Program-made: the position numbers and the translations under genes
The notes under the pieces: model-generated
What the model saw: only the letters and a program-made list of their open reading frames with translations
Databases searched by the model: none
Told to the model about the DNA's origin: nothing
Shown here: positions 36,721 through 45,657 of the stretch, in pieces
Layout: each line of letters opens with the position of its first letter
Numbering within the stretch: position 1 is the stretch's first letter
NCBI GenBank assembly: GCA_043776515.1
Contig: JAYVRG010000050.1
Location: 138-64,137, forward strand
DNA from: Phycisphaerales bacterium
GTDB lineage: Bacteria; Planctomycetota; Phycisphaerae; Phycisphaerales; UBA1924
DNA length: 64,000 nucleotides
Direction of reading: 5' to 3'

Positions 36721-36755
36721 CAAAATGACCAACGCCCGCGACTGGGCGCGGGCGT
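36721..36755 (-). terminator. Intrinsic terminator of fibro-slime gene 1
   Basis: On the minus strand, ACGCCCGCG cccagt CGCGGGCGT is followed by tggtcattttgtt, about 55 nt after the stop. Confidence 0.7.
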
Positions 36756-36781
36756 CGGGCGAGAGAGTGTTCGAGTCGAGT

Positions 36782-36806
36782 CCGCCGCGGAGCGGCGGGC
36801 CACCCA
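36782..36806. repeat. 25-nt hairpin repeat CCGCCGCGGAGCGGCGG-GCCACCCA
   Basis: It is identical at 24 of 25 positions to 39426-39450. Confidence 0.75.
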
Positions 36807-36810
36807 CGAA

Positions 36811-37749
36811 TCAGTCGTAGAGCCCGCTCGTCGCCGGCAGCGGGGCCGGTTGCATGTTGATGGTCGTATCGATGCGCACGTTGGACTGCGTGGTGTGGCG
36901 CTCCGCGAAGAAGAGCTTGAACGAGTAGCGATTGCCGTCGGTCAGCCAGTTCAGGCGGTCCAACTCGATGGTCTGGCTGACGGCCGAGTGAACGCCGCCG
37001 ATGTCGATCACCAGTTTGCCGTCGATGTACACCCACACATCATCGTCGCCGGTGAACGTGAACACCTGGCCGGAGTTGCGGGTGTACACAAAGTTGGTGT
37101 TGAGCTCAAACGAGAAGCCAAAGTTCTTGCTCTGCCCGGGCGAGTTGCCCAGCAGGTCGCCGTTGATGGGGAAGAACCCGCCGCGCCCCTGATACGTCGC
37201 GTCCGTCTGATCCGAGAACGAGTACAGATTCGAGTTGGTCTGGCGCACCAGCGTGATGGGAATGTTCCGTGAGAGATTCACGCCCGGGGTGTCGCGGTAC
37301 CACTGCGCAAACGCCGAGGAAGTGTGCAGCGAGCCGCCCGTGCTGCTGGACCTCGCGCCCGCCTTGTCCCCGCTCTTGGCGGTGATGTAGGACTTCGCGA
37401 CCGACATGATGTTGCGGCTGGAAGCATCCGTTGCCTCGGTCGTCACCTTGTATCCGGTGGAAGCAAACACGGGCTTGCCGTCCACATCCAGCAGATCGGC
37501 CACCGAGCCGACATAGTGACCGTAGCCCGCCGTGGGCTGCCACTCATAGTCCGAGTGCCCGCCGCTCTCGCTGGCCCACTTGAAGTCGCGGCAGGTGCCG
37601 CTGAGCGTGAGCGTGGCGGGCAGATTGGAATACGAATCGGTGGTCGTGGTGACCACACCCGTGGCGTGCCACGCGATGCCCGCGGACGCGATGACCGCGA
37701 GCAGGCCGGCGCCGGAGATCGTGCGAGCATTGACGAGCGTGCGATTCAT
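36811..37749 (-). CDS. Fibro-slime/PA14-like domain secreted protein, paralogue 1
   Basis: Signal peptide MNRTLVNARTISGAGLLAVIASAG is present, with GGFFPINGDLLGN and FTFTGDDDVWVYIDGKLVIDIGGVH. Confidence 0.8.
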   Translation of the reverse strand: MNRTLVNARTISGAGLLAVIASAGIAWHATGVVTTTTDSYSNLPATLTLSGTCRDFKWASESGGHSDYEWQPTAGYGHYVGSVADLLDVDGKPVFASTGYKVTTEATDASSRNIMSVAKSYITAKSGDKAGARSSSTGGSLHTSSAFAQWYRDTPGVNLSRNIPITLVRQTNSNLYSFSDQTDATYQGRGGFFPINGDLLGNSPGQSKNFGFSFELNTNFVYTRNSGQVFTFTGDDDVWVYIDGKLVIDIGGVHSAVSQTIELDRLNWLTDGNRYSFKLFFAERHTTQSNVRIDTTINMQPAPLPATSGLYD

Positions 37750-37971
37750 AGATAAATCCCCTTCGTGGGCCCGGATCCGGCGTCCTGCCGGGTCCGGGCG
37801 TATGTATGCCACCAGAACTGGAGCCGGGGCGGCGCTTCATGCTCCGTCCCACCCTCTCCTCCCCGCGACGATGGGCCGCGGATTGGACTCCGAAACAAAT
37901 ATGCAAATCAGCGACGCACAATGCAAGCGAAGTGTGCGATTCATCGCGCGTGCGTGCGGCGTGTGCGGGCC

Positions 37972-38008
37972 GTGCCGCGCGAGAAACCGCGGCGAGCGGC
38001 GCGGGCAC
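37972..38008. repeat. REP-like hairpin with GTGCC/GGCAC termini
   Basis: GTGCCGCGCgagaaaCCGCGGCGAGCGGCGCGGGCAC has an inner part resembling the CCGCCGCGGAGCGGCGG repeat. Confidence 0.5.
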
Positions 38009-38102
38009 GATCCCAACGCGACATTCTGGGACGAGCGTACAGTTTCCGAACCAGACCGTGGATTCAACAGTGCCAGCAACACGCGATCGCACGCGCACCA
38101 AC

Positions 38103-38144
38103 CAACAAAAAACAACATCGCCCGGCCACTCAAGGACCGGGCGA
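38103..38144 (-). terminator. Intrinsic terminator of fibro-slime gene 2
   Basis: On the minus strand, TCGCCCGG...CCGGGCGA is followed by tgttgttttttgttgg. Confidence 0.75.
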
Positions 38145-38190
38145 CGTGTGAAATGGGGCTGGGTTGAACACTGGAGAACGTGCGAGGGGC

Positions 38191-39126
38191 TCAGTCCTGC
38201 AATCCGCTGGTCGGCGGAAGCGCGGCCGGAACAAGCTGCAACGACGTTTCAATGCGGAAGTTCGAGTCCGTGGTGTGGCGTTCGGCGTGGAAGATTTTGA
38301 GCGTGTACGCCTGGCCGTCCACCAGCGCGGGCACGCGATTGACTTCCAGCGACTGCGCCTGCTTGCCGTGCAGGCCGCCCAGGTCCATCACGAGGTTGTT
38401 GTTGATGAACACCCAGAGATCATCATCGCCCGTGAAGTTGAACACGGAGTTGTCCGCGCGGTTGAACACGAATCGGCACTCCACCTCGGTGGTGAAGTGG
38501 TAGTTCTTGCCGGTGGTGGAGTAGTTGCCGAACAGGTCGCCGTTGATGGGATAGAACCCGCCGCGGGTCTTGTACGGCTCATCCACCGCCGAATCGAAGA
38601 CGTAGCGTCGGGTGCCCGCCACGCGGTTGAGCCGCAGCGGCACCGACCGTGAGAGATTCACGCCGGTGGTATCGCGGTACCACTGCCCGAACGCCTCGCT
38701 GCTGGTGAGCTGCTTCGCGGTGCTCTTGGCCAGCGTGCCCACCGTATCGCCCAGAGTTTGAGACGCGAACGACGGGAGAATGCGCTGCCCCGCCGCGTTC
38801 TTGAAGCCGTTGCAGCCGTCGTATCCATAGGCATCGGCGAAGACCGGCTTGCCATCCGAGTCCAGCGTGCTTGCAATCAGCCCGATGCTGGCATCCGAAT
38901 GGCCATAAGTCTCAAAGTCCGGGTGCCCACCTGTCTGATTTCCCGCCTTGAAGTCGCGGATGACCGCGTTGAAGGTCATCACATCGGGCAGCCCGTCCGC
39001 AACGGCGGTGCTGGTCGGGTCGCCGCTGGCGTTTCGCGGGCCGAGCACGCTATATGCGCCGGCGACGAAGCCGATGCCGGCAACAGCCAAGAGCAGTGCG
39101 TTGGACGAGTGGCGGGTCTTGCACAT
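38191..39126 (-). CDS. Fibro-slime/PA14-like domain secreted protein, paralogue 2
   Basis: Signal peptide MCKTRHSSNALLLAVAGIGFVAGAYS is present, with GGFYPINGDLFGN and FNFTGDDDLWVFINNNLVMDLGGLH. Confidence 0.8.
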   Translation of the reverse strand: MCKTRHSSNALLLAVAGIGFVAGAYSVLGPRNASGDPTSTAVADGLPDVMTFNAVIRDFKAGNQTGGHPDFETYGHSDASIGLIASTLDSDGKPVFADAYGYDGCNGFKNAAGQRILPSFASQTLGDTVGTLAKSTAKQLTSSEAFGQWYRDTTGVNLSRSVPLRLNRVAGTRRYVFDSAVDEPYKTRGGFYPINGDLFGNYSTTGKNYHFTTEVECRFVFNRADNSVFNFTGDDDLWVFINNNLVMDLGGLHGKQAQSLEVNRVPALVDGQAYTLKIFHAERHTTDSNFRIETSLQLVPAALPPTSGLQD

Positions 39127-39391
39127 GGTGGACTCCTTCTTGCAGGAGCGAACGGCGGTTGGCCACCCCATATGGCCTTCAGCGTTCGCGGACAGCGAAG
39201 ATGTCTAATTCCAGTGGCCAGTTCGCCAGTGGAAATCATGTTGATGGGGTGTGGCCAACGCGGCCTGTGCGAGTTGTGCGCCCGGGGGCGATAAAGGTGC
39301 GGTTTTCGGTGCGTGCTGGCCGATTGAACGGGCCGTGCGGCGAGCCGTTCTTTGCACTCGCGGAACGACTCGCCGGAACAGTTCACCGGAA

Positions 39392-39450
39392 CATGGGCAG
39401 GATGCCCATGCCACGGACAAAAGAACCGCCGCGGAGCGGCGGACCACCCA
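39392..39450. repeat. Family-2 solo hairpin plus the CCGCCGCGGAGCGGCGG hairpin, upstream of murA
   Basis: CATGGGCAGGATGCCCATGCCACGG is identical to 60810-60834. CCGCCGCGGAGCGGCGGACCACCCA follows. Confidence 0.8.
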
Positions 39451-39504
39451 TTACAACCGACAGGGGCGGGGCGGTATCCTGAACACTCACGGAGGAGCGG
39501 CACC

Positions 39505-40863
39505 TTGGATCAGTTTGTCATCACCGGCGGGAAGCGGCTGTGCGGAACCATCAGCGTGAAGGGCTCCAAGAACGCGGCCCTGCCGATCATGGCCGCGGCC
39601 CTGCTGACGGACCGGCCGGTGCTGCTGCGCGACGTGGCCGAACTTTCGGACATCGGCAACATGCAACGCCTGCTGGCCGAACTCGGCTGCAAAGTCGAGT
39701 TCAGCCCCGCCGCCGATGCCACTGCACCCGGCGGCACCATGCTCATCCACGCCGAAGATGAGAGCCAGAGCCACGCCCGCTACGACATCGTCCGCACCAT
39801 GCGGGCCAGCATCTGTGTGCTCGGCCCGATGCTTGCGCGGCGCGGCTTCGCCCGAATCTCCATGCCCGGCGGGTGCGCCATCGGCGACCGCCCGGTGGAC
39901 CTCCACCTGCGCGGCATGGAAGCCCTGGGCGCAGAAATTACGCTTCATCAGGGCGACATCGTCGCCCGCGTCCCCGGTGGCAAGGGCGGGCGGCTCAAGG
40001 GCGCTCGCGTCTTCCTCGGCGGGCCGTTCGGCTCAACCGTACTCGGCACCGCCAACGTCATGTCCGCCGCGACGCTGGCGGATGGCCAAACCGTCATCGA
40101 GTGTGCCGCGTGCGAGCCGGAGATCGTCGATCTGGCGAATATGCTCAACGCGATGGGAGCGCGGATTCGCGGGGCTGGCTCGCCGCGCATCATTATTGAT
40201 GGCGTGGAGGGGCTGAAGGGTGTGGAACACCGCATCATCCCGGACCGCATCGAGGCGGGCACATACATGGCCGCCGCGGCGATCACCAACGGCGACATCA
40301 CGCTGGAAAACTGCCCCGTCGATGCCCTCATGGCCGCCATCGACACGCTGAGCAAGATCGGTGTGAACGTTGAGATCACGCATACAGGCAAGGACCACAT
40401 GCGTGCTACCGCCCGCGTCACCTGCTCGCGCGTGCTCCGCCCGGTGGAGATTACCACGCAGCCGCACCCCGGCTTTCCGACGGATTTGCAGGCCCAGTTC
40501 ATGGCGCTGCTGGCGCTCTCGGATGGCAACAGCATGATCACCGAGCGCATCTACCCCGAGCGTTTCATGCACGTCCCCGAACTGAGCCGCATGGGCGCGA
40601 AGATCATGCGCCAGAGCGCGACGGCGGTTGTGACCGGCGTGCGGAAGTTAATAGGCGCGCCGGTGATGGCGAGCGACCTGCGGGCGAGCGCCGCGCTGGT
40701 GCTGGCCGGCCTCGCGGCCGAGGGCACAACCATCGTGCACCGCGTCTATCACCTGGATCGCGGCTACGAGCAGATGGAGACCCGCCTCCGCTCACTCGGT
40801 GCCGATATCCAGCGCGTGACAGAGGCCAAGCCCGCCGAAGCCGGAATCGCCGCGCCGGTGTGA
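39505..40863 (+). CDS. murA: UDP-N-acetylglucosamine 1-carboxyvinyltransferase
   Basis: A TTG start at 39505 lies 8 nt after GGAGGA. It carries [34 protein letters not shown] and the catalytic Cys region [15 protein letters not shown]. The upstream part of ORF 39352 overlaps repeats. Confidence 0.9.
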   Translation: MDQFVITGGKRLCGTISVKGSKNAALPIMAAALLTDRPVLLRDVAELSDIGNMQRLLAELGCKVEFSPAADATAPGGTMLIHAEDESQSHARYDIVRTMRASICVLGPMLARRGFARISMPGGCAIGDRPVDLHLRGMEALGAEITLHQGDIVARVPGGKGGRLKGARVFLGGPFGSTVLGTANVMSAATLADGQTVIECAACEPEIVDLANMLNAMGARIRGAGSPRIIIDGVEGLKGVEHRIIPDRIEAGTYMAAAAITNGDITLENCPVDALMAAIDTLSKIGVNVEITHTGKDHMRATARVTCSRVLRPVEITTQPHPGFPTDLQAQFMALLALSDGNSMITERIYPERFMHVPELSRMGAKIMRQSATAVVTGVRKLIGAPVMASDLRASAALVLAGLAAEGTTIVHRVYHLDRGYEQMETRLRSLGADIQRVTEAKPAEAGIAAPV

Positions 40864-40882
40864 GTTGAATGAGGGGGTGCTA

Positions 40883-40961
40883 GGGTGGCACTGGCGGCTT
40901 GCCCGCCAGTGCTTGGGCGTCTGTTGCAACACCACGGGCGGGCAAGCCGCCCGTGCCACCC
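40883..40961. mobile_element. Family-3 element (79 nt)
   Basis: The sequence is GGGTGGCACTGGCGGCTTGCCCGCCAGTG cttgggcgtctgttgcaacac CACGGGCGGGCAAGCCGCCCGTGCCACCC. Confidence 0.8.
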
Positions 40962-40982
40962 TTCAAGAGTTTGTGGTGATTG

Positions 40983-41393
40983 ATGGCCGGCTACTCAGAA
41001 ACACCCCTCGCCAAAAAGCTCGGCGTCAAGCCGGGCTTTTCTCTCGCGCTCGTCAACGCGCCCGAAGGATTTGAGTCCTTGCTCGCAGGTCTGCCCGACG
41101 ACGTTGACCCAGTGCGCGGATTGAAGGGCAAGCAGCCAATAGATGTGCTGGTGCTGTTCGTCACCACACGCGCGAACTTGACGAAACGCTTCACCCAGTC
41201 CGCCCCGCGGCTCTCGCAGCAACCCGGCGCGGGCATCTGGATCGCCTGGCCGAAGAAATCCTCCGGCGTCCCCACCGACATCACCGAGAACGCCATCCGC
41301 GAACTCTGCCTCCCCTCCGGCCTGGTGGACAACAAAGTCTGCGCGATTGACGAGACGTGGTCGGGCCTGCGCATGGTGCGCCGTCGCAAATAG
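40983..41393 (+). CDS. DUF3052-like small protein
   Basis: MAGYSETPLAKKLGVKPGFSLALVNAPEGF...IWIAWPKKSSGVPTDITE resembles the DUF3052 family as I remember it. Confidence 0.55.
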   Translation: MAGYSETPLAKKLGVKPGFSLALVNAPEGFESLLAGLPDDVDPVRGLKGKQPIDVLVLFVTTRANLTKRFTQSAPRLSQQPGAGIWIAWPKKSSGVPTDITENAIRELCLPSGLVDNKVCAIDETWSGLRMVRRRK

Positions 41394-41417
41394 CGGTCAT
41401 GGCACCCAAGAAAAGCT

Positions 41418-41442
41418 GGCGTTCACCATTTCTGATGAACGC
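41418..41442. terminator. Hairpin between convergent genes (8-bp stem GGCGTTCA/TGAACGCC)
   Basis: ggcgttca ccatttctga tgaacgcc has no clear T-run. Confidence 0.35.
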
Positions 41443-41470
41443 CGCATGAGAGACGATGTTGCTGGCCCAC

Positions 41471-44443
41471 TCAGTTCAAATGGCAGACCGCGTCATTGGC
41501 CGCAAACCAGTAGCTCAAAAAGTCAAAGACATCCTGAATATCAACGGAGCCAGAGTCGTTCACGTCCGCCGACTGTCTGCACGGCGAAGGCAACGGTTGG
41601 GCCTGCGTGCATGGATAAAACCAGGCACTCAAGAAGTCGAAGATATCCTGAACTTCAATGAGCCCGTTTCTGTTGAAGTCGGCTCGGCAGATGTTCTTTC
41701 CAGCCGTCGAAGTGCAGATCATGCCATCGCCGTCCGGGTCGTACGTGCCGGGGTTGTTGAACACCTGCAAGTAGTCGTTCGCGCCGTCGAAGTTGCAGTC
41801 AGGCGCAACCCGAAAGAAGTACGGATCGATCCACTCGACAGGTGGCAGTCCGACAACGTCTGTACAACGGACATTCAGCGGCACCATGCAGTACACGCCC
41901 GGCTTGGGCACATACTGCGCACGCGGCGACAGCCCGATGGTGCGAGCGTCCCCGTTCCATCCAGATTCACCCGGACCGTGAATTCCGAAAAGCTTGGTGG
42001 CGTCGATCATCTGAGAGTGGTTGTTCTCATCCACCGCAAAGATAGCGACCGCATTGGAAGTGCCGTTGGATGCCTGCCAGGGAATCTGTGCCCCGCTCGC
42101 TGAGCGTGCCTCAACCGGTCCGTACGACCTCGCACTGAGCAGGATGGGCGCACCAGTTCCGACGAACTGGGAGTTCGTAATCGTCGCGAACCGTCTGTTG
42201 GCAACCGATACCCCAAGGTTTTGCTCAGGCGAGCACGCTGTTTCGTACAAATGGAACGGTGCCAACCCAATCGCGCCGCCACCCAGACTCGCTGGCGTCC
42301 TCCGGTAATACGGCGCCTGATCCCCCGACGCCACCGGCCGATCCGGACTGATCGTGATAGGAGAGCTCAGACCATCTTCTCCGACGATCACATCGCCCAG
42401 CCACAATCCGGTTGGATCATTGTCAGCGGCATTCAGCACGATCTGCCCCATCAGCCCAAGCGTGCCCCGGATGCGGATGGCCCCGCGAGTTGCACACGCA
42501 GTCACCCGCGGCTCGGTCTCGGTTGTGCTTCCCATGACCGCCGGATACGGACATGTGTTGACATTGAACGAGAAGCAACCGCAGTTCGTATAGTTGAGCA
42601 GGCCACCGGAAACGATCACCTTCTGACTCGACGTGAGGAAAGGTAGATGGAGTTCGCCGAACACATCACCAGTGAAACTCGCGCGCGGGCATCCTTGAAA
42701 CCAGACATCCGCGGACGGCCCGACCGTGCCGATCGTCAGTGTGCCGATGCTCGCATAATCGTTGGTCACATCGTTGTTCCGCGTTCCGTCCGCAAGAAAC
42801 TCCATGCGCCCGGACCAGACGATTCCCTCGCGCAGATCGCCGATCTCGATCGAGGAAATCGTCTCACCCTCAATGCGCGGCACAAAGTTTTTCCGGGCCT
42901 CGCCATCGTATCGGGTACTCATGGAGTGGATGCGTATCGCTCCGATCGTCCGAGCGCGAACAATCGATTCCGAGGTGCCGCCGTCCGAGCAGCCTCCCGT
43001 CGGTCGCAGCCAGTCGTCTGCGTCGAACTGATTGATCGGTGAGGCGAGCGTCGGCAGAATCGGTTCACAGTCGATGCCAGCCATCCCGTGTGGCTTGCCC
43101 AGATATGCGTCCGGCGTGTTTGTCTCGTACCCGATCTGCAACTGCGAGATTGTGCCGTTGACAGGATCGGTGGCCACTATGACACCCTTACTCTTGATTC
43201 CGATCCAGATCGGCTGCGTGAACGTGGCGCCGATGATGCTCGCGTTCTCCAAGTCATACATGATCGTAATGGGAGCGTTCACCGCACCCCGGACAAGCAC
43301 CCCGGACGGAATTGTTCCCGCTGACGGAATGTTTCCCGCTTGCAGAGACCCTGAAAATGCCCCGTCTGTCTGTACATATTTCACGACCGCGTCGAAGGTC
43401 GCTCCGTTCGTGGGCTGGAACTCCAGATTCGCGACAATGTCCGCATTGATGTCGTGCGGTGCCGCTTGAGTAAACGTTCCAGAGTTGGGGTCGATCTGAA
43501 CCACCCGAACCTCATCAATGCCGTTCGCGGCCAAAATCTGCGAACGACGGGCCACCGTGCCAATCGGGCCATTGCACAAGATCGATCCGATCTTGCCGCG
43601 TTCGGCTCGAACGTCTCCGGAAATGCCAAATACCGTTCCCGAAGTCTGGATCGGCCCCAGACCGACAAGCATCTTTGCGATGCCGTTGCGGAGGAGGTTA
43701 CCCGCCGAGGATGGCGGAGCACCTGTCGCAGAAATGTTTCCCTGCACACTCTGTCCAGCCAAGACAAATCCAACCGCATCCCAACCGCCAAAGTCCGTTC
43801 CCGAGCCAAACTCATCCGCGCCCATGTTCGCTGCAACGTCCGCATAGACGTTCCCGCCGTGCGTCACAAACCCGCTTCCATCCGTCTGACCTCGCGCCTG
43901 CAAGCGATACGCCTGAGCCACGTTGATCTGGTCGCGGGGATTCGCACTAGCAAGGCCGATGTCGTTGGTCACCGCGATGGCGCAACGAACACCCGTACAA
44001 CCCGCTGCGCTGAGCGATCGAAAACTCCTTGCCCCGGGGAACAGCATTTGCGATTCCGGGCTGGTGTTGAAGTCCGCTTGCCCGTTCGATCCAAACTGAT
44101 CCGTCGGCGGAGGCGCGACGAGCACCCGAAGTTGCGAGGGCAGCAGCGAGTTCGGCTGCACGATCACTGGGCCGATATCCGCGACCGGAACACCGCCGTT
44201 CGCGGAGTTTGTGTCGTAGATGCGGACGAACTGAAAACTGTACCACGGATTTCCGACAGACCTCGCGGCGTTGGCGAGTTCCTGCGTCGTCAGGGTGATC
44301 GGTTCACCGGAGTTGTGCAGCGGCCCAACCTGCCGTTCCTGATTGTCAATGCCGCGCACCGTCACCCGGATCGGCTGGCCCATTGCCGGGATCGCAAAAA
44401 GGCCGATCGCCACCATCGCCACGAGCATGAGTAAAGTTCGCAT
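41471..44443 (-). CDS. Very large secreted protein (990 aa) with a C-terminal double GC-type dockerin-like module
   Basis: Signal peptide MRTLLMLVAMVAIGLFAIPAMGQ begins at ATG 44443, preceded by GGAGAAGGAGA. The C-terminus is CRADFNRNGLIEVQDIFDFLSAWF...VNDSGSVDIQDVFDFLSYWFAAN. Confidence 0.7.
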   Translation of the reverse strand: MRTLLMLVAMVAIGLFAIPAMGQPIRVTVRGIDNQERQVGPLHNSGEPITLTTQELANAARSVGNPWYSFQFVRIYDTNSANGGVPVADIGPVIVQPNSLLPSQLRVLVAPPPTDQFGSNGQADFNTSPESQMLFPGARSFRSLSAAGCTGVRCAIAVTNDIGLASANPRDQINVAQAYRLQARGQTDGSGFVTHGGNVYADVAANMGADEFGSGTDFGGWDAVGFVLAGQSVQGNISATGAPPSSAGNLLRNGIAKMLVGLGPIQTSGTVFGISGDVRAERGKIGSILCNGPIGTVARRSQILAANGIDEVRVVQIDPNSGTFTQAAPHDINADIVANLEFQPTNGATFDAVVKYVQTDGAFSGSLQAGNIPSAGTIPSGVLVRGAVNAPITIMYDLENASIIGATFTQPIWIGIKSKGVIVATDPVNGTISQLQIGYETNTPDAYLGKPHGMAGIDCEPILPTLASPINQFDADDWLRPTGGCSDGGTSESIVRARTIGAIRIHSMSTRYDGEARKNFVPRIEGETISSIEIGDLREGIVWSGRMEFLADGTRNNDVTNDYASIGTLTIGTVGPSADVWFQGCPRASFTGDVFGELHLPFLTSSQKVIVSGGLLNYTNCGCFSFNVNTCPYPAVMGSTTETEPRVTACATRGAIRIRGTLGLMGQIVLNAADNDPTGLWLGDVIVGEDGLSSPITISPDRPVASGDQAPYYRRTPASLGGGAIGLAPFHLYETACSPEQNLGVSVANRRFATITNSQFVGTGAPILLSARSYGPVEARSASGAQIPWQASNGTSNAVAIFAVDENNHSQMIDATKLFGIHGPGESGWNGDARTIGLSPRAQYVPKPGVYCMVPLNVRCTDVVGLPPVEWIDPYFFRVAPDCNFDGANDYLQVFNNPGTYDPDGDGMICTSTAGKNICRADFNRNGLIEVQDIFDFLSAWFYPCTQAQPLPSPCRQSADVNDSGSVDIQDVFDFLSYWFAANDAVCHLN

Positions 44444-45494
44444 CGCGTCTCCTTCTCCGCGCCTGAAGCGCGGCAAGCGAGATCAGCACAAATGCCGAGG
44501 GGGGACTCGGCACTGCACTCGCGATTCTGAACCCCAAATCAAGAAAATCGAGCCCTGGATATGCAGCAGTGGTTGCGGCATAAATCGAATCGTTGACGGC
44601 AGCCCCAGGAGGACTTCCCCAATAGCTGCCTTCATACACACGAAAGTGACTGTTCTGGAAGCCGACGAGCGTCCCTTCCGTCCACTCCGCCGTGCCGCCG
44701 CTTGCGTCCAGCAACCCCCACGGAGACTGCGTCTGCGGATACGCCCCAAGCAGCGTGGTCCACTGGCTATTCGTGCCATCCCGCCATCCGTAGTTGGCCT
44801 GCCCAACCCCCGGCGGCCCCCCGATCGGTGCTTGATCCGATCTCGTGCTGTATAACCAGTACCCGCCCTGCCCCGGACCAGTCTTGTTCGGGTCGTAGTG
44901 TGCCGCCTTGATCCACTCGTCCCAGGTCGGTATCCAATACCGTGCGCCCGTGTTGTGCGTGAGCTGGTCCGTGAAAAAATCGGTGCCGCTGAACTGGCTC
45001 ACGTCGTACGCCCCGTTCAGGAACGCGCTCCGATCCGTGCCTTTGTCGTTGTGCAACCAGTTGCAATACATCGCGGCCATCCGCCACGAAATGTTCCCTA
45101 CCGGGCGCATCTCTTTGCCCGCAGGAACCGACCACCGCTGCCCTCCCGCTACCGTGGCAGCCGCGGGAACCGCTCCCCAATGGCCCGGCGGCGACAGCCA
45201 CGGGAGACGATCCGCCGGTGCACGATCAAACGCGGCGTTGAAAAATGCTGACCACTGCGCTGTCGTCACCTCGAACTTGCCGATGTTGTACTCGTAGTTC
45301 ACCCGGCCACGGCCAAGTGCCATGTCCTGACCGGGGAGTAGCGGCGGATTTGTGCCCATCCACGGCGCGTTTCCCACCGCCCCAACGCGCACAAAGTTGA
45401 TCCCCGAGTTTGGATCAATGTCAGCCGCACAGCACGCCACGGTCGCAAGCACGGCGCCTATCCCGAGAAATGAATGTAGAGGGCGAAGCGTCAT
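44346..45494 (-). CDS. FGE-sulfatase (SUMF1/EgtB-like) domain protein with a PEP-CTERM-like tail
   Basis: Signal peptide MTLRPLHSFLGIGAVLATVACCA is present, with NISWRMAAMYCNWLHND and GLDFLDLGFRIAS. The tail is VPSPPSAFVLISLAALQARRRRR plus 32 further residues that overlap the next gene. Confidence 0.8.
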   Translation of the reverse strand: MTLRPLHSFLGIGAVLATVACCAADIDPNSGINFVRVGAVGNAPWMGTNPPLLPGQDMALGRGRVNYEYNIGKFEVTTAQWSAFFNAAFDRAPADRLPWLSPPGHWGAVPAAATVAGGQRWSVPAGKEMRPVGNISWRMAAMYCNWLHNDKGTDRSAFLNGAYDVSQFSGTDFFTDQLTHNTGARYWIPTWDEWIKAAHYDPNKTGPGQGGYWLYSTRSDQAPIGGPPGVGQANYGWRDGTNSQWTTLLGAYPQTQSPWGLLDASGGTAEWTEGTLVGFQNSHFRVYEGSYWGSPPGAAVNDSIYAATTAAYPGLDFLDLGFRIASAVPSPPSAFVLISLAALQARRRRRDANFTHARGDGGDRPFCDPGNGPADPGDGARH

Positions 45495-45657
45495 GGGGAG
45501 TTCCCGTCTCTCGCTCCGTCCGTATCACACGCTAACTCTGTTCCGCATAAGTTGCAACCCTGAAGGTCCAGATTCACACAGATGATATCGAGAATCAGCG
45601 CTTCCAAACAAAGCACCGCGTTGGAATCAAACCAGACTAGGCATCCACCATCCGCGC

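Noticed and set aside
44346-45494. The FGE/C-type-lectin-fold protein as a diversity-generating retroelement (DGR) target.
   Set aside because: There is no reverse transcriptase gene in the window. I found no template/variable repeat pair, and the C-terminal region shows no adenine-specific (AAC/AAT-rich) variable-repeat signature.
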